Below, piece after piece: positions 9,371 to 19,933 of a stretch of DNA of 60,824 bases (position 1 is the first letter of the stretch; every line of letters begins with the position of its first letter). Source of the stretch: Thermoproteota archaeon (GTDB lineage: Archaea; Korarchaeota; Korarchaeia; Korarchaeales; JAOZGB01); the NCBI GenBank assembly GCA_037917685.1, contig JAVCBU010000001.1, positions 1 through 60,824 of the forward strand, given 5' to 3'. The notes under the pieces are model-generated. The model was given only the letters and a program-made list of their open reading frames with translations. It was not told the origin of the DNA and searched no databases. The translations under genes were made by a program, and so were the position numbers.

Positions 9371-10426
9371 TTGATGATGTTAAATAGTATATTAAAGCCC
9401 CTAACGAAATTTATCGGGAATTTGTGGGAGTTTGCTATTCAATTGCTAATAGCTTTTGGCCCTGTACTTCTAATACCGGGATTAACATTCATATTAGTAT
9501 TTGTTATTGTGGTTATCTGGTTTGAACGTAAATATCTAGCTCATGCAATGCTTAGAATGGGACCAGTCTACGCTGGGAGAGTTTTTGGATGGCTTCAATG
9601 CATGGCGGACTTTCTCAAAGTACTTACAAAAGAAATTATAGTGCCATCAGATACGGACAAAACTCTTTTTTACTTAGCGCCCATTCTTCTTCCTGTTGTA
9701 GATGGGATAGCTATAGCTTTCATTCCTGTTGCTCCCGATTGGGTCATTTTTAGGGGTTTTGGTTATGGATTGCTGTTGTTTCTAGCAATAGCTAGTTTGG
9801 GCCCATTATTCCCTCTAATAGCAGGATGGGCATCAAACAATAAATACACAATTATAGGTAGTTTAAGAGGAGCTTATATGTGCATTGCAGCTGAAATGCC
9901 TTTGCTTCTTTCAGCTGCAGGAGTCGCTATCCTAGCTGGATCATTCGACCTTGTCGATATAGTTGAAGCACAGTCGAATATGTGGTTCATAATACCTGGG
10001 TTCCTTGGCGCCTTAGTGTTTTTCATAGGTATTTTGGCGGAATCTGAACGTACACCCTTTGACATATCCGTTGCGGAACAGGAAGTAGTTTTTGGATGGA
10101 GAACAGAATATAGCGGGATCCTCTTTATGTTAACTATGATGGCTGAGTACATAAGTTTGCTAGCTTGGGAATTGTTATTTATAACTCTTTTTCTTGGAGG
10201 ATATAAAGGTCCATTAATTTTTGGATCACAATTTATTTCAAATATTACGTGGCTTTTGGTAAAACTTGGAGTTTTAACAGCAATAATAATACTGTTGAGA
10301 ACTGTTTTTCCGAGATTTAGATTGGATCAAGCGATAAAAATAGGTTGGCGATACCTTATACCGATTGCGATTGCAAATATTTATATAGCAATAATTATAA
10401 GGCTCTTCTTCCCATTTGCAGGCTGA
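9371..10426 (+). CDS. nuoH: Complex I-like subunit H
   Basis: ERK...RMGP, ADFLKVLTKE, GWASNNKY, AESERTPFD, EYSG, PRFRLDQ. Confidence 0.95.
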   Translation: MMMLNSILKPLTKFIGNLWEFAIQLLIAFGPVLLIPGLTFILVFVIVVIWFERKYLAHAMLRMGPVYAGRVFGWLQCMADFLKVLTKEIIVPSDTDKTLFYLAPILLPVVDGIAIAFIPVAPDWVIFRGFGYGLLLFLAIASLGPLFPLIAGWASNNKYTIIGSLRGAYMCIAAEMPLLLSAAGVAILAGSFDLVDIVEAQSNMWFIIPGFLGALVFFIGILAESERTPFDISVAEQEVVFGWRTEYSGILFMLTMMAEYISLLAWELLFITLFLGGYKGPLIFGSQFISNITWLLVKLGVLTAIIILLRTVFPRFRLDQAIKIGWRYLIPIAIANIYIAIIIRLFFPFAG

Positions 10427-10440
10427 TGGAGTTGAGGAAA

Positions 10441-10911
10441 ATGGTAGATTTGATCAAGAAACTGGTTCAACCATTCGTTGTGGTTTTTTCACACGTTCTT
10501 AGACGTCCTCATACTACTCAGTATCCCTACGAAAGATTAATCATCCCCTCGAATTACAGGGGCCGTCACATACTGGATATGGAAAAGTGTGTGGGATGTG
10601 GTGTTTGCGCCAGGGTCTGTCCTAATAACTGCATTACATTAGTGCAAGTAGTGGGTCATAGGTTTAAACATCCACAAATAGACTATGGTATGTGTAGCTT
10701 TTGCGAAATGTGTGTACGTTATTGTCCCCATGATGCTCTTTCAATGACAGATCTTGTTGAACTATCGGCTGTAAGTAGAGAAGAATTAATTTATCCTCCG
10801 CAAAAACTGGCTGTAAAACCATCTATTAAGGAAGTTGTACCTCATCTCAAGAAAGAGTTAACCGTAGAAGTAACAAAGTCGGGAATACGCTACATTAGGA
10901 GGAAGGTGTGA
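10441..10911 (+). CDS. nuoI: Complex I-like subunit I (2x[4Fe-4S])
   Basis: TTQYPYE, YRGRH, CVGCGVCARVCP and CSFCEMCVRYCP; start at 10441 or 10426. Confidence 0.93.
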   Translation: MVDLIKKLVQPFVVVFSHVLRRPHTTQYPYERLIIPSNYRGRHILDMEKCVGCGVCARVCPNNCITLVQVVGHRFKHPQIDYGMCSFCEMCVRYCPHDALSMTDLVELSAVSREELIYPPQKLAVKPSIKEVVPHLKKELTVEVTKSGIRYIRRKV

Positions 10912-10912
10912 A

Positions 10913-11185
10913 ATGTTCTCACTACCTTTTTTAACATCGTGGATGGACTGGGTTCTATTAATCTTGTTAGTATTAGCAGTAGTTTCAGCTATACTTTCTG
11001 TTGAACACCCCAATTTAATGTACGCTGTTCTTTTCTTGCTTAGTCTTAACATTTTACTCAGCATCGTCTACTATTTATTGGGCGCTCCTTTCGTGGCTTT
11101 CTTTCAGCTTTTCATATATGCTGGTGCAATAGTGGTGTTCTTTGTAATAACAATTATGTTAACTCGTGGAGGGAAATGGGAATGA
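10913..11185 (+). CDS. nuoJ: Complex I-like subunit J, N-terminal half (split nuoJ)
   Basis: LGAPFVAFFQLFIYAGAIVVFF motif; three TM helices. Confidence 0.88.
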   Translation: MFSLPFLTSWMDWVLLILLVLAVVSAILSVEHPNLMYAVLFLLSLNILLSIVYYLLGAPFVAFFQLFIYAGAIVVFFVITIMLTRGGKWE

Positions 11186-11448
11186 AAGTAGATATAAATA
11201 GAATTTTCGGCTTCCTTGTAGCTGTAGCTTTGATACTTTGCTTAATGGAAATTTTCTTTAAGATCCCGGTTGATTTGCTTACAGTTTCACCGTTGCAACA
11301 ATTCTCACCTCCTGAAAAAATTTTAAGTGCTGAAACAAATTATCTGTGGAATGAAAGGGGTCTTGATGTTGTTTTCTCAGGTGTAGTTGTATTTACTGCT
11401 CTTTTCGGAATCCTAGACTTAATGCGTAAGGAAAAGGAGGTAGAGTGA
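11176..11448 (+). CDS. Complex I-like subunit J, C-terminal half
   Basis: Two TM helices with LWNERGLD; lies between nuoJ-N and nuoK as in split archaeal nuoJ/fpoJ. Confidence 0.7.
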   Translation: MGMKVDINRIFGFLVAVALILCLMEIFFKIPVDLLTVSPLQQFSPPEKILSAETNYLWNERGLDVVFSGVVVFTALFGILDLMRKEKEVE

Positions 11449-11759
11449 TGGATATAAGAGTTTACGTAGCTTTCGCGATCATAATGTACGGTATCGGGAC
11501 ATACTGTCTCTTAAGTAAGAGAAATTTAATTCGATTGCTTATAGGTTTGGAAATTCTGGCAAATGCTGCAAATCTAAACTTCATTGCCTTCTCGACCATT
11601 AAATCATATGGATTCATAGACCCGTTACCTCACACTTTCGTAATTGTTGCAATAGTTATTCACGGCTGTATTATTGCAATAGGGCTTTCATTAGTCGTCA
11701 TGATCTATCGAATTTACCATTCCATAGACGTTAAAAAATTAAAACGATTAAGGTGGTAG
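11445..11759 (+). CDS. nuoK: Complex I-like subunit K / MrpC-like
   Basis: KRNLIRLLIGLEILANAANL; three TM helices; operon position. Confidence 0.88.
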   Translation: MMDIRVYVAFAIIMYGIGTYCLLSKRNLIRLLIGLEILANAANLNFIAFSTIKSYGFIDPLPHTFVIVAIVIHGCIIAIGLSLVVMIYRIYHSIDVKKLKRLRW

Positions 11760-11766
11760 CGTTACA

Positions 11767-13269
11767 ATGTGGGATATAACAAACATACTCCCAAACTTTG
11801 CACTTATAGCTTTAGCTGCAATAACACCGATAATAGGCTTCATAGAAAGGAAAAGTAAAGTTAAAGGCTTAACTGGTGCATGGACAACCTTTTCCTTTAT
11901 TTTATCGTCGCTGCTTCTTTACCCATTGTATGAAAAAGTTTCCAGCGATGGAGAAATAAGACTACATTATGCAACATTTCTGCCGCCAGCTGGCGTGGAA
12001 CTCAAGATAGATATGCTTGGTGTTTTCTTTTCATTTGCATTTCTCCTATTAGGTTTAATAGCAACTTTACATTCAATACGATATATGGAACATGAAACAG
12101 GACAAGACACGTATTTTGTCTTATTACAATTAATGGTTGCAGGTATGATTGGCATAGTTTTTGCAAACGACTTTTTCAATCTTTTCGTGTTTTGGGAGAT
12201 TATGTGTATCTGCTCGTACAGCTTAGTAGGTTTCAAGAAATATCGATGGGAGGCAGTCGAAGCTGCATTTAAATACTTAGTTATGAGCACATTTGCTTCG
12301 GTTACAATGTTATTTGCGATGTCCTTCCTATACGGTTTAACTGGGTCTTTAAACTTTGACCAAATAGCACAAACGCTGTCAAACTTCACCGAGATCTCTA
12401 TATATCAGCTACTTATCGGGTTGATCATTGCATCGTTTGGAGTTCAAGCAGCAATCGTTCCATTTCACTTCTGGTTGCCCGATGCTCATCCTGCTGCCCC
12501 ATCCCCGATTTCGGCCATGTTATCTGGCGTAGTTATTACAACAGGTATTTATGCTATGTGCCGTTTTCTCTTCGCGGTTATTCCATGGCAAGTTAATATT
12601 GAAGTATTACTAGGGGCTGTTGCAATAGTCACGATGTTTGTAGGAAACTTGCTGGCCTTCCCTCAACGAGATATTAAACGTCTTTTAGCTTATTCAAGTA
12701 TTGCCCACATGGGGTATATTATGCTGGGCGTAAGCACGGCAACTACACTAGGACTTATGGGGGCAAGTTTACATGTACTAAACCATGCTATCATGAAAGG
12801 GCTAGCTTTCCTTTCAGTTGGGGCTTTTATACATCAAGCTGAGAGAATTGTTGGAAGTGAGGAAAAAGCAAGGATAATAGATAATATTATGGGAATAGGA
12901 AGATTAATGCCTATAACAGGCGTAACTTTCGCTATTTCTATTCTTGCACTTATGGGAGTTCCATCACTTAATGGTTTTGTCAGTGAATTCATTATTGTAT
13001 GGGCATCTGCTACTAAGGGTGGCATTTTCATTCTTTACGCTGCGTTGGCTCTTTTAAACATTGGGATGTCTGTAGCCTATTATCTGTTGCTTATCCACAG
13101 AATACTTTTGAGACCAGCTAGCGAAGAGTTGAAAAAGATACATGAAGCACCGTTTACAATGATAGTTTCCCTCGTCATACTTTCAGTACTTTGCTTTGCC
13201 ATTGGTATCTATCCTTGGCCATTCATAGAATTTGCCCAGAAAGCAGTTTCAGTGCTAGTCAGCCCTTAA
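11767..13269 (+). CDS. Proton-translocating antiporter-like subunit (MrpD/NuoN-type)
   Basis: FNLFVFWEIM, EAAFKY, PFHFWLPDAHPAAPSPISAMLSG, DIKRLLAYSSIAHMG, NHAIMKG. Confidence 0.9.
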   Translation: MWDITNILPNFALIALAAITPIIGFIERKSKVKGLTGAWTTFSFILSSLLLYPLYEKVSSDGEIRLHYATFLPPAGVELKIDMLGVFFSFAFLLLGLIATLHSIRYMEHETGQDTYFVLLQLMVAGMIGIVFANDFFNLFVFWEIMCICSYSLVGFKKYRWEAVEAAFKYLVMSTFASVTMLFAMSFLYGLTGSLNFDQIAQTLSNFTEISIYQLLIGLIIASFGVQAAIVPFHFWLPDAHPAAPSPISAMLSGVVITTGIYAMCRFLFAVIPWQVNIEVLLGAVAIVTMFVGNLLAFPQRDIKRLLAYSSIAHMGYIMLGVSTATTLGLMGASLHVLNHAIMKGLAFLSVGAFIHQAERIVGSEEKARIIDNIMGIGRLMPITGVTFAISILALMGVPSLNGFVSEFIIVWASATKGGIFILYAALALLNIGMSVAYYLLLIHRILLRPASEELKKIHEAPFTMIVSLVILSVLCFAIGIYPWPFIEFAQKAVSVLVSP

Positions 13270-13309
13270 AATACTTTTATTCTAGCGTTTTCATGGGTGG
13301 GGAAATGTA

Positions 13310-14506
13310 TTGACAAGCCGTGACTACGATGTAATAGTTATTGGTGCTGGTCCAGCTGGGGGGTCTGCTGCTAGAAGGGCTACGGAAATGGGAAGCAACG
13401 TCCTACTAATAGAGAAGCGAACCGAAATTGGAGTACCAGTACAGTGTGGTGAATATCTCCCAACCCTAGGGGAGTTGGTGAGACTTGTTCCACGTTCAAA
13501 ACGTGTTGGACATGTTTTAAAGGTACCAAGAGAGGTCATTGATAATCATACGAAATATGTGAGTATTATTTCTCCTTCCGGCAAAGATTATACATTTAAT
13601 TTTGATGCATATGTTCTGGATAGGAGTAAGTTCGATAAGTGGCTTGTCGAAGAAGCAGTTGATAATGGTGGAGAGCTTTGGATCGACACAAAAGCAATTG
13701 CCATTGACGAAAAAAGAGGAAAAGTACATGTGAGAAGAGGGATGGAAAAGTTTTCTGTAAAGGGTGATGTTATAATTGTTGGTGACGGCCCTTATTCTAA
13801 GCTTGCTCGATTACTTGGTTTGGATGTTAAAAAGTCACCTTACAATTATAGCCCTGCTATACAATTTTTAATGAACAATGTGGAAATTGATTCGGAAACA
13901 GTTGAAATGTACTTTGGCAGGGATTACGCTCCTGGGGGATACGCCTGGATCATTCCTAAAGGAGATAAAACAGCCAATGTTGGTCTTGGAATACGTACAC
14001 CTTTCTATAAACCTGGAATATCCCTGTACGATTACCTTACAAGATTCATAGAGAAACATCCAGTAGCGTCTGAAAAACTTAGAAAAGGAAAAATTATTTC
14101 GAGGACTGGCGGGTTAATACCTGTAGGTGGACCAATACCAAAAACATTCACTAACAAAGCTCTTATCGTAGGTGATGCTGCAGGACATGTTATGGCTTCC
14201 AATGGGGGAGGCATACCAGTTGCAGTTATTTGTGGAGACATTGCTGGAGAAGTTGCCACTCTTAGACTACAAGACAAAAGCACCCTATCTCTTTACGAAA
14301 GAACTTGGAAAAAAGAGGTTGGAAAAGAGCTCCAAACAGCTCTTGAAATTAGGAAATTGGTTGACATTCTAATGAAGAAAGATGCATTTACAGAAAAAGC
14401 CTTCCAACTTTTAGGTGAAGAAAAGATTAAAGATGTTGTATGCTGTAGGCTGCCTTTCTCGATGAAAGTTATACGGACACTGCTTAGAAAAATTCTTAAA
14501 CCCTAA
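13310..14506 (+). CDS. Geranylgeranyl reductase-family FAD oxidoreductase
   Basis: GAGPAG, PVQCGE, LDRSKFD, PGGYAWIIP, VGDAAG..GGG. Confidence 0.92.
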   Translation: MTSRDYDVIVIGAGPAGGSAARRATEMGSNVLLIEKRTEIGVPVQCGEYLPTLGELVRLVPRSKRVGHVLKVPREVIDNHTKYVSIISPSGKDYTFNFDAYVLDRSKFDKWLVEEAVDNGGELWIDTKAIAIDEKRGKVHVRRGMEKFSVKGDVIIVGDGPYSKLARLLGLDVKKSPYNYSPAIQFLMNNVEIDSETVEMYFGRDYAPGGYAWIIPKGDKTANVGLGIRTPFYKPGISLYDYLTRFIEKHPVASEKLRKGKIISRTGGLIPVGGPIPKTFTNKALIVGDAAGHVMASNGGGIPVAVICGDIAGEVATLRLQDKSTLSLYERTWKKEVGKELQTALEIRKLVDILMKKDAFTEKAFQLLGEEKIKDVVCCRLPFSMKVIRTLLRKILKP

Positions 14507-14569
14507 GTAAAAGTAAAAACTGCAATCTTTATGTTACATCTTTGATAAAACGAGACGGAGTTTGCTAAA

Positions 14570-15517
14570 ATGAAAACGAACGAATCTTTTCCAGGCAAGG
14601 TTCATGGCTCTAAAATAATAATGTTCTGTGGAAAAGGAGGAGTTGGTAAAACTACTTGTTCAGCTGCCACAGCCATTCATTTTGCTGAAAAAGGATTAAA
14701 AACACTTCTTTTGTCAAGTGATCCTTCTCCATCTTTATCGGACATATTGGAAATGGATGTTAGCAAAACAGTTACTGAAGTTAAAGGTGTAAAGAATCTA
14801 TATGCATTTGAATTAGATTATGATACTGTATTAAAGATGTGGAAAGAACGTTTTGGAGAAGAAGTTTACGAAGTTGTGTCATCTTTTCTCCCTGTGGGTG
14901 AAGAAATTATAGATTACATTGCTGGTGCGCCAGGTATAGATGAAGAATTCCTCTTAAGCTACATACTTGATATTTATGAGGAGAGATCTTATGACGTAAT
15001 AGTTTGGGATACTGCACCAGCTGGTGGCACTTTGCAACTTCTTAAACTTGAAGAAAAAGTCTATAAACATCTTGGTGAAGCTGCTCGTTTATATTTGAGG
15101 GTTAAAGGGGTTCTTAAAAAAATAAAGAGGAAGGAAGGAGGTAATCCATTAGATATTATTAACGATTGGAGAGAACTTAGTGAGAGAACTCTTAACATGT
15201 TAAAAGATGAAAATACGGAAGCTATTGTTGTAACCATACCGGAAGCTTTAGGTGTATATCAAACAGGGAGAATTATTAAAGAACTTGGAAGCGTAGGAAT
15301 ACGAGTAAGCAAGGTGATTGTCAACTACGTTTTACCTGAAGACTTATGTGACTGCGACTTTTTTAAGGAAAGAGTAAAAATGCAGAAAAAATATATTGAC
15401 CTTCTAAAAAAGCAATATTATGAAGAACCAGGACTTATCGTTCTACCATTGTTACCCCAAGAAGTTAAGGGGATTGATACGATACGGAAAATAGAGAAAT
15501 TTCTATTTAGAACGTAA
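14570..15517 (+). CDS. ArsA/TRC40(Get3)-family ATPase
   Basis: GKGGVGKTT P-loop, SSDPSPSLSD, PGIDE, DTAPAG, TIPE. Confidence 0.92.
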   Translation: MKTNESFPGKVHGSKIIMFCGKGGVGKTTCSAATAIHFAEKGLKTLLLSSDPSPSLSDILEMDVSKTVTEVKGVKNLYAFELDYDTVLKMWKERFGEEVYEVVSSFLPVGEEIIDYIAGAPGIDEEFLLSYILDIYEERSYDVIVWDTAPAGGTLQLLKLEEKVYKHLGEAARLYLRVKGVLKKIKRKEGGNPLDIINDWRELSERTLNMLKDENTEAIVVTIPEALGVYQTGRIIKELGSVGIRVSKVIVNYVLPEDLCDCDFFKERVKMQKKYIDLLKKQYYEEPGLIVLPLLPQEVKGIDTIRKIEKFLFRT

Positions 15518-15572
15518 TCAACTTTTTTCTTTTCAGTAAAAAGAAGATATTATAGCGTTAGTTTTTAATGAT

Positions 15573-16469
15573 TTAAATAGGACAAAAACTTTCAATAAGT
15601 AGGGAAAGTAAAAATGTTATTCCAAATGTCAACATCAGGTTAGATGTTAGAGCATCTGCGTTTTCTGGTACATTTGTTTTGAACGTCCTTATTAGGTTGA
15701 TAGCTTTTGGTAATGTAATTATTGTGATCATGCTCCATAGTGAAATAATTTTAAGCGCAACCAAAATGAATGTAATCATATACGAAGCTATTATAGTGCC
15801 CATATAGGTTTTTAATGCTAAACTTCTTCCAATCACTATGGGCAGTGTTTTAATCCCAACCCTACGGTCATATTCCATGTCTCTAATGTTATTGGCTAGT
15901 AATACCACCGAAACTAGAAGACCTAAGGGAACTGATGCAGCAACTGCCTTCCAAGATAAAATCCCTGTTTGAACATAGTAGGATCCAAGAACCATGAGAG
16001 GCCCCCATATTATGAAAACAGCGGGTTCACCTAGAGCTTTATACTTATATTGGAAAGGTATTCCAGAGTACGATATTGCAAGTATGGCGCCTGCTATGGC
16101 AAGTAATAGCACAAATGGGCCCCTTACAAGTGTAAGGTAAACCCCCATGATAAACGCCGCAATTAACAAGGCACCGCCGAATATCCCGAGCTTATTTAGA
16201 GTCGTAAATCCTGATAAAAATGGATGGGATCTATATTTTGCAGTTGGGGCATCAACCGTGTCAACTTTATATTTTGTATCGTAATAGTCGTTTAAGACGT
16301 TAGCTGCTGCATGAGCTAAAAGGGTTCCGATTAAAGTAATGATATAGAGACACCAGCTGAATACTCCTTCAAAATATGCGAAAAGACTACCTAGCGATAT
16401 TGAAATAATAGTCATAGGGAAGCTCCAAGGTCGTGTAGTCAAGAACCACATTTTTAACCTTTGACTCAT
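15573..16469 (-). CDS. menA: 1,4-dihydroxy-2-naphthoate prenyltransferase (UbiA/MenA family)
   Basis: TRPWSF, NVLNDYYD, KYKALGE, LANNIRDMEYD...KTL. Confidence 0.88.
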   Translation of the reverse strand: MSQRLKMWFLTTRPWSFPMTIISISLGSLFAYFEGVFSWCLYIITLIGTLLAHAAANVLNDYYDTKYKVDTVDAPTAKYRSHPFLSGFTTLNKLGIFGGALLIAAFIMGVYLTLVRGPFVLLLAIAGAILAISYSGIPFQYKYKALGEPAVFIIWGPLMVLGSYYVQTGILSWKAVAASVPLGLLVSVVLLANNIRDMEYDRRVGIKTLPIVIGRSLALKTYMGTIIASYMITFILVALKIISLWSMITIITLPKAINLIRTFKTNVPENADALTSNLMLTFGITFLLSLLIESFCPI

Positions 16470-16741
16470 TTTCATCACCCACATTTAATTATAATATTAT
16501 CTTTCCTCTTTTGATAAGCTTTGGATTTAATTGAAAGCTTCAAAGCTTAAATCTTATATTTGTCTGAACTATTAAATCGTTTAATTCAGCTACCAAAATT
16601 TTAATAGAGGATAATATAAATCCTACGGTCTTACTCTTCCCTTGGTTAAAAATATTTTATAATGCTTGCATAAAAACTCAGATATTTCAATGCTACGTAT
16701 AACACTTCGATAACGAAGTCGTCCATATTTGAGGAATTAAA

Positions 16742-17455
16742 ATGATAATTGGAGATTCTATAGGGTTACCTAAAAGTTTTTGGTTAAAGGTTATAAATGC
16801 CCTGGAGGGAATCGTTGCATACTATGATTTAGGAAACAGGTTTCTCAGCCTCTTTCAAGATTGGAGGATTAGAAACAGGGCTATTAACTTTTTATTTTCT
16901 GAAGATAACATCTATAGTGTTTTAGACTTAGGTGGAGGACCTGGAACACTTGAACCTTTGCTTTGCAGCAAAGCAAAGCACGTTATTTATGTTGATGTCA
17001 GTTCTCTTATGATTTTATATGCTAAAAGGATTCACAAAAATTTGAAAAACGTGCAATATGTTAGGGCTGTGTTTGAACATTTGCCATTTAGAGATAGAAT
17101 TATTGATGCTGGAATAGCGTGTTATTCGTTTAGAGATTCATTTAATTTGGTGAAAGCTCTACAAGAAGCGGCTAGAGTCTTAAAGAGAAAAATAGTCATT
17201 GCAGATATTGGAAAACCTGATAAAAAACTACAAGCTATATTAGTAGGTCTATATTTCAAAGTATTTGTACCTTTTGCAACTGCTTTAATTACTAGATGGA
17301 TCAAAGAAAACCCTTGGAAACTCATTTATACCACATACCTATACCTTCCATCAAACTCAAAGTATAAGAAATTTATCGAAAAAATTTTTGGCAAAGTCTC
17401 GGCAAAAAAATTCTTAATGGGTGCCGCGGTCATTTTAATTGGAGAGAAAACCTAA
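16742..17455 (+). CDS. UbiE/MenG-like class I SAM methyltransferase
   Basis: YDLGNRFLSLFQDWRIR, LDLGGGPG, LPFRD, EAARVLK; divergent from menA. Confidence 0.75.
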   Translation: MIIGDSIGLPKSFWLKVINALEGIVAYYDLGNRFLSLFQDWRIRNRAINFLFSEDNIYSVLDLGGGPGTLEPLLCSKAKHVIYVDVSSLMILYAKRIHKNLKNVQYVRAVFEHLPFRDRIIDAGIACYSFRDSFNLVKALQEAARVLKRKIVIADIGKPDKKLQAILVGLYFKVFVPFATALITRWIKENPWKLIYTTYLYLPSNSKYKKFIEKIFGKVSAKKFLMGAAVILIGEKT

Positions 17456-17715
17456 TGTTTTGTTACAAAAATCTCTAACATGAAAAGAAACTCATTCATC
17501 CAAGTTTATAGGCTTCTGATTTGCATAAAACTAAAGGAACTGAAACTAAATTTAGATAACATGCTAACCATGTATAGTTTTCTCTCAACTATGATTCGAA
17601 TGCACTTTCATTTTAAAAGAAAAATATTTTTCTGTAATTCCAAGAACCTAAGTTTTAAATATAAAACTTAAATGAGTGGAAATAGGACGGCTAATCTTAG
17701 TTTTGAGGGTTAAAA

Positions 17716-18198
17716 TTGAAGATTTTAATAGCTGGTATAGGCAATAAGCTAAAATGTGATGATGGCTTCGGTCCAAAAGTTATAGAAGAACTAGCTAAAC
17801 TTAAGCTTCCACCTGAAGTGGATATTGTGGATTATGGTACTAGCGCGTTTAAGGTTTTATTTGATCTCGAAGACTATAATCTTGTAATTTTCGTTGATGT
17901 CGTCAACAGAGATGAAAAGCCTGGAGAAATTTTCGTAATCGAACCTCATCTAAGTAAAAACGATAAAGAAGTTCTAAAGATTAGTTTACATGAAGTAGAA
18001 CTCGAGAAGCTTCTTAAAATAGCAAAAAGGCTCGAGAAGCTGCCAAGTGAAGTGATAATTGTCGGCTGCCAGCCTAAAATTTTATCCAACGGCCTTGAAA
18101 TGAGCAGAGAAGTAAAGGAAGCCGTTAAAAAAACTGTTAAAATTATTTTAGAAATTTTGAAAGAAAAATTGAAAAATAAGCTTATTTTGGAAGATTGA
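17716..18198 (+). CDS. Hydrogenase maturation endopeptidase
   Basis: GIGNKLKCDDGFG, VDYGT, SLHE, VGCQP. Confidence 0.93.
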   Translation: MKILIAGIGNKLKCDDGFGPKVIEELAKLKLPPEVDIVDYGTSAFKVLFDLEDYNLVIFVDVVNRDEKPGEIFVIEPHLSKNDKEVLKISLHEVELEKLLKIAKRLEKLPSEVIIVGCQPKILSNGLEMSREVKEAVKKTVKIILEILKEKLKNKLILED

Positions 18199-19933
18199 TG
18201 TACACTGGCATCTCTTTTACTATTTTACCTTTACCATGAAATATGTGAACAGTACATGCCAAACATGGATCAAAGCTCCTAACCACACGTACTACGTCTA
18301 TTCCGTCCAGTTCGCCTTCAATAGGTTCAGTTACTGGCGTCTCTATTATTGACCCTTCATATGGTCCAGGATTTTCCCTCATACCTCTTGGCGAAGCATT
18401 CCATGTAGTTGGCGTTATGACCTGATATCTATGTATCCTACCATTACGCATTACACACCAGTGCGCTAAAGCGCCTCTCATAGCCTCAACTAGACCTACA
18501 CCAATGCCGTTTTTCGGTCGTTTGTACGGGTTCCAGATCTTATTTTCTCCTTTTTTAACCATTTCAAGCGCTTCTAACAATAGGTTATACGCTACGTAGG
18601 CTGAATAAGCATGATAATATGCTCTTGCTCTAAGTCTCTCTATTGCGTTAACATTCTTGGGTATCTTCCATTCGAGTGTAAGTTCTTCTACGACTCTAAA
18701 TCCCGCTGCATTGGCTTTTGGTAATGTGAATCTTAAACCACTTCCTGTTGATTCTGAAACCTTCCTAGCTGCTGCAGTTGCCCACAATCTTGAAATTGGG
18801 CCTGCTTCAACTACATTTATGTCGCCGTTAACCCTGTTCTTCCAATCGTGCCACCTTGGGGCCGTTGCCCAAGAGTACTTCTCGCTCCAGTTCTTTGGTG
18901 ATCCTGGGCTTGGATTTGTTTCTTTGTTCCATGGATGTTCTCTTGCTATCTCGTTTCCTAATGGATCTTTTTCAAGATCCTTCTCTTTCCATTCCTCATA
19001 GTACGAATGATTTACAAACTCTCTGACTCCAAGGTTTATTTCAACTAAATCTGTCGTCGCTAGTCTGCCATTTATTATGACTCCGGGGGAAACCTTACGT
19101 TTTACGCCCCATTCGCTCATATCCTCATACTTCGCATTGTAGGCATAAGGATCATCGTAAGCCCCATAGCTGATTAAGTTGTTTTCTCTTACTCCGGCAT
19201 TATCGTATCCAACATCAATTAGGAAGTCCATTAGGTCATCAAATACTGCTGTTAACTCTTTTGTAAAAGCAATTTGCTGTGAAAGCATCGTTGCAAACAT
19301 TTCTAGATCTGAGACTGTAACTGTTTTAGCTACCCCACCTGGGATAAGAGTACCAACATGTGGGTGTTTAGCTCCAAAAACTATTGTCATTTTTCGTCCT
19401 AATTTTGCCATTTGTAAGCATTTGATCCAAAATGAGCCTGTAAATGGAGTTAATGCAGTCATTATATCCGCAATGGTTGAATATCCATGTAGGTCACTTC
19501 TTTCGGCTTTTCTTTTCTGAGCCTCATTCCACCACTCAGGATTAAATTTCTTTACTATAGTTTCGCAATAATCTGGTCCTTGAAGTATACCGCAACCAAG
19601 GGAAGCATCATACAATTGTTCGGCTATTAACATGAAATCTCTGATCGCAACAGCAAAAGGTGGGGGAGGAGCTTGATAAGTCATGTCAACACATTCAGCA
19701 GATGCCAATCCATGTGGAGTTGGGCACACGCCACATATTCTCTGGGTTATCCAGATAGCATCAGCTGGTTCTCTCCCCTTTAGTATTATTTCGATTCCTC
19801 TAAACATTGGAGCATATGAATGAGCTTCAACGTACTTTTTGGCTTTAACATCAGCTACTGCATGGATACCGAGATGGCCTTCAATTCTCGTTAATGGTTC
19901 GATATAAACTACCTTAGTTTTCTCGGATTCCAT
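18182..19933 (-). CDS. [NiFe] hydrogenase large subunit, group 1h-like
   Basis: RIEGH, L1 RICGVCPTPH, L2 SFDPCLACTVH plus cleavable tail; DYCE, HGYSTIADIM, HPWN, KYSW segments. Confidence 0.93.
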   Translation of the reverse strand: MESEKTKVVYIEPLTRIEGHLGIHAVADVKAKKYVEAHSYAPMFRGIEIILKGREPADAIWITQRICGVCPTPHGLASAECVDMTYQAPPPPFAVAIRDFMLIAEQLYDASLGCGILQGPDYCETIVKKFNPEWWNEAQKRKAERSDLHGYSTIADIMTALTPFTGSFWIKCLQMAKLGRKMTIVFGAKHPHVGTLIPGGVAKTVTVSDLEMFATMLSQQIAFTKELTAVFDDLMDFLIDVGYDNAGVRENNLISYGAYDDPYAYNAKYEDMSEWGVKRKVSPGVIINGRLATTDLVEINLGVREFVNHSYYEEWKEKDLEKDPLGNEIAREHPWNKETNPSPGSPKNWSEKYSWATAPRWHDWKNRVNGDINVVEAGPISRLWATAAARKVSESTGSGLRFTLPKANAAGFRVVEELTLEWKIPKNVNAIERLRARAYYHAYSAYVAYNLLLEALEMVKKGENKIWNPYKRPKNGIGVGLVEAMRGALAHWCVMRNGRIHRYQVITPTTWNASPRGMRENPGPYEGSIIETPVTEPIEGELDGIDVVRVVRSFDPCLACTVHIFHGKGKIVKEMPVYINLPK

